From the NCBI GenBank assembly GCA_038087875.1, contig JAXLNO010000230.1:310001-374000 (forward strand): DNA of 64,000 nucleotides. The letters are read 5' to 3'. A model generated the notes under the pieces. The model was not told the origin of the DNA, did no database searches, and saw only the letters and a program-made list of their open reading frames with translations. This DNA is from Malacoraja senta (Eukaryota). Of the stretch, positions 52,473 to 64,000 are shown piece by piece. Both the position numbers and the translations under genes were made by a program. Numbering within the stretch: the stretch's first letter is position 1; each line of letters opens with the position of its first letter.

Positions 52473-54754
52473 CAGGGCTCGAAATTAGAGGTTGCCCGGG
52501 TGCCACTGACCACTCAAAGCGCCGCCGGGCAACCTAAACACCGAGTCATTTTTCCCGGCTTGGCCACCAGATACTGGTTTGTACCGAAGATAGACACAAA
52601 AAACTGGAGTAACTCCGTGGGTCAGGCAGCATCTCTGGAGAAAAGGAACGTGACGTTTTGTGTCGGCGGTGACGGCTGTATTGCGTGGGAAAGATACTAG
52701 GTGCGGGGTGAGGAAGGGTTGGAGCGAACGACAGGCTCCGCACAGCGGCAGCAGCGGCTCCATCTGCTCCTCCCGCCCCCCTGCCCCCTGCCCGCCCTGA
52801 TAAGGGCCTCTGCTTGTAAATCCGCTAACGGCGATAACCGCTTTCGAAACAAACCCTCCCTCCCGCACGCCGAGGCCGGGAGGAGGGAGGGAGGGGGAGG
52901 GGGAGGCATCGGCGTGCGGGAGGGTTTGTTTTGAAAGCCCGTTAGCGGGTTTACAAGCAGAGGCCCTTATCAGGGCGGGCGGGGGTGCGGGAGGAGGAGC
53001 AGATGGAGTCGCGGCCTCTGCTGCCGTTGTGCGAAGCCCGTCATTCGCTTCGACTCGTCTGAAGCAGCTGCACCAAAGATCTTATGGCTATAGGATCTCT
53101 GAGCTGCACCGCTCGGCCCAGCACCTTGCTGTTGGCTGGCGGAGGAGGGAGGCGGTGGCGAGGAGTTCCCAACGACCAAGGCAGCGGGGCGATGTTGTCC
53201 GAGGAGCGCTGATCTTCCTTCCTCCCCTCCTCGCCCCCCTCTCCCCCCTCTCCCTCTCTCTCTCTCTCTCTCCCTCTTGTACGCCCCCTCCACCCCCTTA
53301 TCCTGGGACCCCTCCACTCCATCCCGCACTGATCCCCATTCCCACGTATATTCAGTCCTCACTGACATCCCCTGTGCTCCCCTCCACATCTACCCCCCCC
53401 CCATCTATTCATCCTGCGCTGATCACCCTATCCACCTCGCAGTGATTCTCCTGCCACCCCCCCATCCATCCTACACTGGTTCCCCTATACACCCTGTACT
53501 TACCCCTTTCCCATCCATCCTGCACTTCTCCTCCATCCATCCTGTACTGATCCCCCATCCATCCTGTACTAATCCACGCATTCATCCCGTACTGACCCAT
53601 CCTCCATTTACCCTGCACCTTCCCCCCTTCCCCTCATTCATCCTGTAGTGATCTCCCATTCATCCTGCACGTCCTCCGATCCACACTGTACTGACCCCCC
53701 CCCCATTCATCCTGCGCTGATATCCCCCCCATCCATCCTGTACTGATCCTCCCATTCAAGAAGAATGGGGGGAACAGTCTGAAGAAGGGTCTCGACCCGA
53801 AACGTCGCCTATTTCCTTCGCTCCATAGATGCTGCCTCACCCGCTGAGTTTCTCCAGCACTTTTGTCTACCCCCATCTATCCCGTACTGAACCCTCCCAT
53901 TCAACACCACTGACATCCCCTGTGCTCTCACCTCACAATTTTACCTACTCCAACCAACACGTACTAATTCACCTGCCTCAATCCATCCATTCTGCACCGA
54001 CTGCCTTCTAATCCCCCACCCCCGCCATCTATCCACCCCGCACTGATTCACACACACCCCCCTCCCTGACCCTATTGTGCTGGAAATGTCTTCAGAGCGA
54101 ACATTGACTATGTTTGATAACGGAATGCAATCAAATGTGTTTTAATTCCCAATGTTATTTGTTTTAATCCATAAAGATGGATTAATTAAATTGTGAACAC
54201 GTGAAACATTAAAACCGCAGTGTTCAATTGTTACTGCTGCCGTTGACACGTTATTAAAGAATTCATTTTAATGGCAAATAAATGCTCTTAATATGGAGTA
54301 TCAGTACTGTAGTTATTTAATGAGCAACAATCACAACTATATGTACGCATATATGTTACCATGGTCCAGGATTTGACACAGGTTGATCATACGCCGAATA
54401 ATCCAACCACATTTTTATTTGGAAGTGGAAAGAACTAATAGAAATTGCATTAATTGCAATGTGTAAAAAGAGTTGAGATACTGTCTTATAATTTTGCTGC
54501 ATGTCATTGTGGGATATATCATGTCTTGATTGGTGAATATGTTTAGTTTGTGACTTTATTTGAAGCAGAAATAATATGTGAATGCTTCATTGAGTATAAT
54601 TCCGACTGGTAACTACGCACTTCGTCCGAGCACATTATCGCACGCGTCATGCAAGCCATCTTAAATGACCACCTAAACTGTCATTTGGCAACCTAAAAAG
54701 CTGCCTAGGTTGCCCGGCTGGCAACAGGGAAAAAAAAGTTAAGCGAGAGCCCTG
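52473..54754. mobile_element. Non-autonomous hAT-like DNA transposon with Penelope-terminus fragments, an internal hairpin and a C-rich degenerate repeat
   Basis: Ends CAGGGCTC / GAGCCCTG; subterminal GGTTGCCCGG/GGCAACCTAAA motifs at both ends; imperfect flank match (GTATATAC vs GTATATGG). Confidence 0.7.
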
Positions 54755-54929
54755 TATATGGTGTCAAGGGAACTGCCTTCTGAATACTTGAGTACATGTG
54801 GAATTGTAGCAGCAAAGTTTGTTGTAAGATTCCAAATAAAGGGAAAATTACTGCTTTTTACTTTGCTGTGTGGAAATCAATTAATTTTTCTGAACTACAT
54901 TTGTGGTACATCCACCATGGCGGACCTTG

Positions 54930-55248
54930 GCCATGGTGGCGCAGCGGTACAGTTGTTTCCTTACAGCGCTTGCAGCGCCGGAGACCCAGGTTCGATCCCG
55001 ATTACGGGTGCTATCTGTACGGAGTTTGTATGTTCCCCCCGTGATCGCGTGGGTTTTATCTGAAATCGTCGATTTCCACCCACATTCCAAAGACGTATAG
55101 GTATGTGGGTTAATTAGCTTGGTGTTTGTGTAAATTGTTCCTAGTGTGTAGGATAGTGTTAATGTGCGGGGATCGCAGGTTGGTGTGGACTCGGTGGGCA
55201 AAGGGCCTGTTTCCACGTTGTATCTCTAAACTTAAAACAAAACTAAAA
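54930..55248 (+). mobile_element. Intact tRNA-derived SINE
   Basis: GGTGGCGCAGCGGTA (A box), GGTTCGATCCC (B box), TCTAAACTTAAAACAAAACTAAAA tail; multiple copies in the window. Confidence 0.85.
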
Positions 55249-55796
55249 TGAATGTTCAGAGTGATTGGTGGGGTGCCTGTGAAGTGTGTAGCTTAGCACT
55301 GACCTCCTTGAGTGTTGTTGGAGCTGTACTTATCTAGATAAATGGAGAGTATACGTCTGACGTGTGCCTCTTGCAGGGTGAGAGCCTTTGGGTATCAGGT
55401 GTTGAATTCCTCTCTACAAAATAGCTAACCTGTTCTGGTAGCCATGCTGTTTATATGGCTTAGCTAATTGAGTTTCTGGTCAGCGGCAGTTCCTTGTTTT
55501 GTATATCTTTATGCTAAATTCTGTAAACTGGTGGTTCAATATCAATGAGTGACTTTTATCTCGTTTCCCACAGATGTGTACCTGCAGTGCAAAAATAGGC
55601 TATTATGCCAATTATTTCCAGGCTTTTACCTTTGACTTCACCAACATAGGCCTCTGTTCCTTTCTTCCCATGAGTGTAATATTTAGATGGCGGAAGTGCT
55701 GCCAAGCTGGTTGCTTAATCCCAAAAGGCCTTTTTTTTCCCATTTATGAACATGGCCTGGATACATTCAGAGAAAATTGATGCCGAGTATTTCTCA

Positions 55797-58700
55797 TAGA
55801 TAGAAACATAGAAAATAGGTGCAGGAGGAGGCCATTCTGCCCTTCGAGCCAGCACCGCCATTCATTGTGATCATGGCTGATCGTCCCCTATCAATAACCC
55901 GTGCCTGCCTTCTCCCCTTATCCCCTGACTCCACTAGCCACTAGAGCTCTATCCAACTCCCTTAAATCCATCCAGTGATTTGGCCTCCGCTGCCCTCTGT
56001 GGCAGGGAATTCCATTAATTCACAACTCTCTGGGTGAAAACGTTTTTTCTCACCTCAGTCTTAAATGACCTCCCCTTTATTCTAAGACTGTGGCCCCTGG
56101 ATCTGGACTCGCCCAACATTGGGAACATTTTTCCTGCATCTAGCTTGTCCAGTCCTTTTATAATTTTATATGTTTCTATAAGATCCCCCTCATCCTTCTA
56201 AACTCCAGTGAATACAAGCCCAGTCTTTTCAATCTTTCCTCATATGACAGTTCCGCCATCCCAGGGATCAATCTCGTGAACCTACGCTGCACTGCCTCAA
56301 TGACAAGGATGTCCTTCCTCAAATTAGGAGACCAAAACTGTACACAGTACTTCAGATGTGGTCTCACCAGAGCCCTATACAACTGCAGAAGAACCTCTTT
56401 TCTCCTATACTGAAATCCTCTTGTTATGAAGGCCAACATTCCATTAGCTTTCTTCACTGCCTGCTGTACCTGCACGCCAACTTTCAGTGACCGGTGTACA
56501 AGGACACCCAGGTCTCGCTGTACCTCCCCCTTACCTAACCTAACCCCATTGAGATAATAATCTGCCCCCTTGCTTTTGCCGCCAAAGTGGATAACCTCAC
56601 ATTTATCTATATTATACTGCAACTGCCACGCATCTGCCCACTCACCCAACCTGTCCAGGTCACCCTGCAACCTTATAACATCCTCTTCACAGTTCACACT
56701 GCCACCCAGCTTTGTGTCATCCGCAAACTTGCTAGTGTTGCTCCTAATTCCCTCTTCCAAATCATTAATATATATGGTAAACAGTTGCGGCCCCAACACC
56801 GAGCCCTGCGGCACTCCACTCGCCACTGACTGCCATTCTGAAAAGGACCCATTCACTCCTACTCTTTGCTTCCGGTCTGCCAACCAATTTCCTATCCATG
56901 TCAACACCCTACCTCCAATACCATGTGCTCTAATTTTAGTCACCAGTCACCCGTGCGGGACCTTATCAAAGGCTTTCTGAAAGTCTAGATACACTACATC
57001 CACTGGCACCCCTTCATACATTTTAATAGGCCGAATAAACGCAATAAAAATGATCTTTCCACCACAAATTTTATACATATTTCAATCGATTCCTATATAC
57101 TTACCAAAGAAGTTTTTTAAAAAACTCGACTCAGATATCACTAATTTTATATGGGACTATAAATCACATAGAATACAAAAAACTCATCTGAATAAACCTA
57201 AAGTATTAGGGGGTTTAGCACTACCTAACTTTATGTATTATTATTGGTCAGTAAATATTAAAAATATGATTCAACTGATGGATTACTCCGCCCAGCAAGT
57301 GGACTGGATTGTAATGGAGAAAGAGGATTGCTCCTCTGGAAACATTGGAGCGATCCTCCTTTCTCCAATGAAATTGAATAACATAAATTATAATAAGAAC
57401 CCAATTATTCATAGTACAATCCAAATTTGGAAACAAATAAAACAAAATTTAAAATTAAGAAATTTATCACTTTTATTACCTATAGTTAATAACCCTTCAT
57501 TTAATCCCTCTATTATAGATAAAGCTTTTACACATTGGGATAGACTAGGAATTAAAACGCTTGGTGACTTGTATGAAACTGGAAAATTACTTTCATTTCA
57601 ACAATTACAAATAAAATATAAACTCGGAAATAATCAATATTTTAAATATTTTCAAATATGCGACTATTTGAAAAAATATACAAAAGATCATTATAATAAC
57701 CCAGTAGATGTATTGGATGAGGCAATGCAGATAAAAGCTGAATCAGCAAACTTAATATCATATTTGTATAATATTATCTTAAATGTACAAATACCATCTA
57801 CGGAGGGTATCAGAAGAGACTGGGAACAAGAGTTAGCTATTAAAATTTCAAAGGAAAGTTCGAATGAACACTTATTAAACGTGCATAAATGTTCAATTAA
57901 TGTAAGACACACTTTAATACAATTTAAAATTTTACATAGATTATATTATTCGAAAACTAAAATTCATAAAATTTTCCCAAATGTATCATCTATTTGTGAT
58001 AAATGTCAATCCCAAGAAGCTACTATAGCGCACTCATTCGTTTTCTGTACAAAAATTCAAAAATTTTGGAATGAAATTTTTGAAATCTTTACAAAGTTAT
58101 TTAAAATAAGACTGATACCCAAAGCAGAATGGATTATCTTCGGAATAACGGAAGATGGCCCAGAACTAAATGTGTTTCAAGAGAAACTAATGGACTATGG
58201 GTTAATAACTGGAAAAAAGCTAATTCTAATATTTTGGAAGAAGGCTCCAATACCAACTATAAATATGTGGACTTCAAATATGTTCGATACATTACACCTA
58301 GAAGAGATAAGACTCCTCCTAGCAGGTAAACCAGATCACTTCCACCTGACGTGGTCTGTATTTATAGAATTATTACAAATATAGGGTGCAAAAGTACTTT
58401 AAAAAAAATTGAGGTCAGGTAAGGGGGGATGCTAGTTGAAGAGTTGGTATGTCCCATTTACGTAATGCTCATAAAAATATTTGTTTCTCTCTTTTTCCTC
58501 TTTCTCTTTCTCTTTCTTTTCTAGGGTCTATATTTCTTAACTCTTTTTCTTTTGTTTTTTAATTTTGCTCTTATAGGGTCTTCGTCCTTTTTTGTTGTCA
58601 CATTTTCTACACTTTCACTTTTTCCTTCACTTTCTTCTTTCTTTCAATCTTTTCTTTTTCTAGTGTAAAAAATAAATGGAGTACATTAATTGTAAGAAGA

Positions 58701-59903
58701 CATAAGTGACGAGTACTAATGTATGTGGTTGTAATGTAATGTACTTCTAATAAATAAAACATTAAAAAAAAAAAAAAATCCATGTTGACTTGGACTAATC
58801 CTTTTACCGCTATCCAAATGCCCCATTATTACCTCTTTAATAATTGACTCCAGCATCTTTCCCACCACCGAAGTCAGGCTAACTGGTCTGTAATTCCCCG
58901 TTATCTCACTCGCTCCTTTCTTGAAAAGTGGGATAACATTAGCTATCCTCCAATCCACAGGAACTGATCCTGAATGTATTGAACATTGGAAAATGATCAC
59001 CAATGCGTCCACTATTTCTAGAGCCACCTCCCTGAGGACCCTGAGATGCAGACCATCAGGCCCAGGGGATTTATCATCCTTCAGTCCCATTAGCCTACCC
59101 AATACTATTTCTCGCCTAATGAAAATATCTTTCAGTTCCTCTACCCCCTTAGATCCTCTGTCCTCCAGTACATCTGGGAAGTTTGTTTGGGTCTTCCTTA
59201 GTGAAGATGGATCCGAAGTACCTATTCAACTCTTCTGCCATTTCCTTGTTACCCATAATAATTTCACCCGTGTCTCCCTTCAAGGGACCCACATTTGACT
59301 TTGCTACTCTTTTTCCCTTAACATATCTAAAGAAGCTTTTACTGTCCTTCTTTATATTCCTGGCCAGCTTCCCCTCGTACTTCATCTTTTCAGCCCATAT
59401 TGCCCGTTTTGTTTCCTTCTGTTGTCCTATGAAAGTTTCCCAATCCTCTGGCTTCCGGCTACTCTTTGCTGTGTTAGACATCTTTTCTTTTAATTTTATT
59501 CTATCCCTAACTTCTCTTGTCAGCCACGGTTGCCTCCTACTCCCCTTAAAATCTTTCTTCCTTTTTGGAATTAAATGATCCTGCGTCTTCCGGATTATGC
59601 CCAGAAATTCCTGCCATTGCTGTTCCACCGTCATTCCTGCTAGGATCCCTTTCCAGTCTACTTTGGCCAGCTCCCCTCTCATGCTTTCATAGTCCCCTTT
59701 GTTCAACTGCATCACTGCCACTTCCGATTTAACGTTCTCCTTCTCAAATTGCAGGTTAAAACTAATCATATTATGATCACTACCTCCAAGCGGTTCCTTT
59801 ACCTCAAGTTCTCTTATCATATCTGGTTCATTGGACAACCCAAAATCCAGAATTGCCTTTTCTCTGGTCGGCTCCATTACAAGCTGCTCTAAGAATCCAT
59901 CTG
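55797..59903 (-). mobile_element. 5'-truncated CR1 LINE interrupted by L1
   Basis: ORFs 59149..59877, 58716..59102, 56176..56943; same subfamily as 18188-19981. Confidence 0.92.
57025..58778 (+). mobile_element. 5'-truncated AT-rich L1 (ORF2 C-terminal 444 aa open, 3'UTR, poly(A))
   Basis: LYIFQSIPI..GGLALPNFMYYYW; QFKILHRLY; CDKC..AHSFVFC; AATAAA plus A-tail. Confidence 0.92.
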
Positions 59904-60632
59904 AAACATTTCATTTGAAGATCATTTGAAACATTTTTTAATTAGTTGTGCTCTGTTGTGCTTAGTCCCTAGTCCTAAAAATAAGATGTTTAAAATAAGA
60001 AACCCCCTGTTTCTGTGATATTTGGTGCATTCAACCACTGAACCAAAGGGTTTAGCAGATAGATTTAACTGATGTTATATGCATGGAACAAGAGTAATTT
60101 GCACGATTCCTGTGACTTAAGTATTTCCCCAAAAATAATGTTACCTGTATTTCAATCCACTGGGCTGTGAATTGGTGTGCTATGGAGAAATTTAGCAGAA
60201 GGATACTGTTGCTTTTGATCAGATTCCAGAGTCAAGATTTGCATTTTAAATCCAAGTCTGCATCTAATTATTATTTTTAATATATGGTACTTGGTGTGTT
60301 TTTGCATGAAAGCTAAGTATATTACGTCCATGTTTGAAGGCTATTAGTAGTTTTTACCCAGTTTCTGAATCATTTGACATTTCTTTTAAGTTTGGTTGCC
60401 TTGATTTTTGGCAATGGTCGCAAAATGTTTAGCATTCAATGGATGGCAAAATCAATTCTTATGATCTAAAATGCATCTAATAGGCATGCACTCAAACACT
60501 TAACAGTCATGAAGTGTGTTGTACATCTAATATGATTTTGCATATTAAGGACATGTTGTGGACCTCAGAGAAAGAGATGATTAAAGAAGACAGAATAAAA
60601 TTCTGATATGGAAGTTGAAGGATCTAAGATGA

Positions 60633-60818
60633 TCTATATTATTAAAACTCTTCGTGTGTGTGTGTGTGTGTGTGTCAGTGTCATCTGGGCACAATTCCAC
60701 CTATATTTCGGAACTTTTTGATCCTTGAAATTTAAAAAACAGCCCAAACTCACCCATTTTATGAAACAAAAGTCCGACTGACGTCACAATTCACTCGCAA
60801 GGCAGGACAGGACATTCC
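60633..60818 (+). mobile_element. Probable 5' end of another Helitron, interrupted by Tx1
   Basis: A|TCTATATTATTAAAACTC matches the family 5' motif; followed by (TG)n; no 3' end seen in the window. Confidence 0.45.
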
Positions 60819-63795
60819 TTTTTTTTATTATACAAATACTTTTATTTTAAAAATATTAAAATAAATATACAAATGAACACAATCAAAGACAATTTTACAA
60901 ACAAACGATCATCAAATTAATATAACGGCAACTTTATCAACAACACACTAAACCTCCCGCGGCGACCAGCATTCACAGAAGGCCTCCAAAGTCCCCATGG
61001 ACACCGCGTGTTCCCTCACCAGGGACACGCGGGCACGGACGTAGGCCTGGAAAAGGGGCAGGCAGTTAACCCTGGTGCGGCCGTCGACTACCCACTGCCT
61101 GGACCCGCGAATGGCCATCTTGACCAGGCCCAGGAGCAGACGGACAGGAAGATCCCCCACCTATCTCCCGACCTTCTCCCCTCTGTACCGGGTGCCCAAA
61201 TATCAGGAGTGTGGGGCTAAAATGTAGCCAAAACTTGAGGAACAGCCCCTTCAGATAGTCCAACAGGGGCTGCAACCTCTCACACTGCATGTACAAATGG
61301 AACACGGTCTCCTCTTCGCCGCAGAAGTGACAGGCAGCTGGCGGACGCAAACCAGTGCTGACCGCCCTCCTCCAACGGGAGACTCAAGTATCTGTTACAG
61401 GCCACAGCCATGTGCAGCACTCTCCACCCCAGGTAAAGGGGGAGGACTCCCTTATAGAGAGACCTCCACTGAGGACCTCTCCCGCCGTCAGGTGGTAACA
61501 CGGACCGCCAGGGCGTGTCCGGACGGACGACAAGGGTGAGGAAGTGCAGAGTGTGCAGTACGCGCCTCTCCGCGTCACGGAACGGCACGCTGGGCAACTC
61601 GGAAAGGCGGCTCGTGTAGCGTGGGGCCGGCTCTCGGGAAGGGACCCGGGCCGTAGGTCCTATGAGCAATTCCGACGGAGCGGGGGTAAGCTCGGCCTCA
61701 ATCGCTCCACGCACACGCCTCTCCTCGATACCCACCATGACAGTGTGAGGACCTTCCACCCTCGCAGCCACAACACCTCCCTCACCCTGTGGAGCAGCGC
61801 CCTGGCTGAAGGTGACCAGATTTCAGGCTTTAAGTATATCTCAATAAAAGCCAGGTAACTCCCGCCCAGTGTGTCGACTGATGCCCGCTACCAGGAGCTG
61901 TGTGCCCATCTGAAGGCAGCGACCCTAGCGGAAAAAGTACGTCACCAGCGCGTGCCATCTAGGAGGACACTCGGAACACATATACCTCTGCTGGGTTCTG
62001 AGACGGAGAGCCACCACCTGGGTACGGACGCAAACCAGTGCCTGACCGCCCTCCTCCAACGGGAGACTCAGAACCCCTGCAGAGACTCAATGATTCTTCT
62101 CTCCCCAGAAGAAGTTCACCAACCTCCTCTGGATCATGATGACAAATAAAGAGGGTGGGACCAGAGTGGCCAGCCGGTACCACAACATAGAGGCCACCAG
62201 CTAGTTTATGACCAATGCTCTCAACCCGTAAGAGAGCACGCCAAGGAGGCCTGACCAACGCCCTAGCCGGGCAACGACTTTCGCCTCCAGCTCCTGCCAG
62301 TTCACCGGCCAAGCCCCTTCGGTTGGACTCGGGTAGACCCCCAGGTAGAGGAAGTGCGTGATGCTCCACGCATAAGATGTCATCTCCTCCGGCAGGGAGT
62401 CCACCTCCCACTAACCCACCAAGAGACCAGAACACTTCCCCCAGTTGATCCTGGCGGAGGAGGATGCAGCTGAGAAAACTTGCTGGCACTCGCGCATCCT
62501 CTGCAGGTCAACAGGGTCGGTGAACATCAAAAGGACATAATCTTCGTAGGCCGAAAGAACCACCTGCACCCCCGGCCCTGGTAAAGCCAGGCCTGTCAAC
62601 TGCCTACACAGATGGAATGCAGCTGGCCGGACATGGGACATCCCTGACATACCCCCCTCCTAAAGTGAATGGGGGCCAACAAAGAGCCGTTGACCTTAAC
62701 AAGGCATTCCGCAGCAGCGTACAAAAGCCGGACTCGGGCCACGAAGTGCGGTCCAAATCCGAATGCCTGCAGAGTCCCAAGAAGGTAGTCATGATCCACC
62801 CTGTCAAACGCCTTCTTCTGGTCAAGGGAGAGAAAGGCGACTGACTGTCCAGCCCCCTGGGACAGATGGATCAGGTCCCAAACCAAATGGATATTGTCCT
62901 GGATGGACCTGGCCGGGACTGTGTAGGACTGGTCTGGGTGGATCACTTGGACCAGCACGTGACCCAGGCGGTTCGCCATTGCCCATGCAAAGACTTTGTA
63001 ATCTGTGCTGAGGAGAGAGACCGGCCGCCAGTTCTTCAAAAGGCGGAGATCGCCCTTCTTCGGTAGCAGGACAACGACGGCCCTGCGCCTCGAGAAGGGC
63101 ATCTCCCCGGTCGCCAGGCTCTCCTCCAGGACCTTCATATAGTCACCCCCCAGGACATCCCAGAAGGCTCTAAGAAACTCCACTCAGTCCATCCAGTCCT
63201 GGAGACTTGCCCCCCCCGAGCTGATGCAGGGTAGCAGTCAGTTCCTCCAGAGTTAAGGGATCATTGAGGCGCTCAGTCACCTCTTTGCACACTACGGGTA
63301 AGCCCTCCCACAGGACCCCCTGCGCATCCCCACTAGATGTATCCGCGGAGAACAGAGTCCTGTAGAAAGACCGAACCGAGGCACAGATGCTCTCTGGATC
63401 TGTGACAGAGGAGCTATCATCTGCAAGCAACTCAACAAGCTGCCTGTGGGCTCCTCGCCACTTCTCCAAAGAGAAGAAAAAGGGGGAGGCGCGGTCCAGA
63501 TCATGCAACATCTGTACTCGCGACCTCACATACGCGCCCCGGGACCTCCTAAGCTGCAAGTCCCTCAGTGCTCCCTTCTCCTGGTACTCCCGCCACTCGC
63601 ACGAGTCCCCACCAGTCCGACCCAAGCGAGACTCCGAGTCGAGCAACTCTCTCTCAAACCATCTGATCTCGGAGTCCCGCCCCATGGTCGACCCCCTCGC
63701 ATAGTCCTGGCAAAACAAATGGACGTAGGCCTTCCCCACGTCCCACCATTGCCTTAGGGAAAGGAAACGCCCCTGCCTCTCTCTCCAGGAGGGGA
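60819..63795 (-). mobile_element. Tx1-clade LINE ORF2, frameshifted and 5'-truncated
   Basis: KSPGLDGL; LLPKKGDLRLLKNWRPVSLLSTDYK; SLDQKKAFDRV; QGCPMSG; CHFCGEEETVFHLYMQC; poly(A) at ~60819. Confidence 0.92.
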
Positions 63796-64000
63796 GGAGG
63801 GGAGAGAGAGGAGAGGAGAGGGGAGGGGAGGATGTGGAGGCTTTGGATAGAGTGCAGAAGAAGTTTCCCAAAATTCAGCCTGGGTTAGAAAGTGTTCACT
63901 GTAAGGAAACTGTCTCCGGTTGCAGCCGCTGCGGCCGCGCTCGCCTCCATCACCAAGCCACCTCTCCGCCCGTTGCCCCGGCTCACGTTCGCCATTGGAG

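Noticed and set aside
54936..55005. tRNA gene
   Set aside because: tRNA-like head of a multi-copy SINE, continuing into SINE body and tail

Overview
Eukaryotic, repeat-dense vertebrate DNA. The repeat spectrum (CR1 with TTCTATGT tails, Rex1-like LINEs, Penelope, tRNA-SINEs) suggests a cartilaginous fish, probably a skate or ray; this is inference. The window lies inside a KDM4-family histone demethylase gene, most like KDM4C, on the + strand. Two PHD-region exons are visible (288-343 and 14055-14163), and I found no next exon in the remaining ~50 kb. The introns hold nested CR1, Rex1-like, L1, Tx1, Penelope, a degenerate DIRS element, Tc1/hAT/Harbinger-like DNA elements and SINEs. The most notable signal is a family of non-autonomous Helitrons. 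One copy carries a captured HTRA2-like exon end plus splice donor, which was later split by a full-length Rex1-like LINE with an 8-bp target-site duplication (TSD). These Helitrons also carry swappable minisatellite arrays and a GC-box/TATA/ETS cassette. Also present are an orphan TDP2-like first exon, a 229-bp near-perfect palindrome, Penelope hammerhead-like motifs and a local duplication that preserves an empty insertion site. All homology calls come from recognised motifs, not from database searches.
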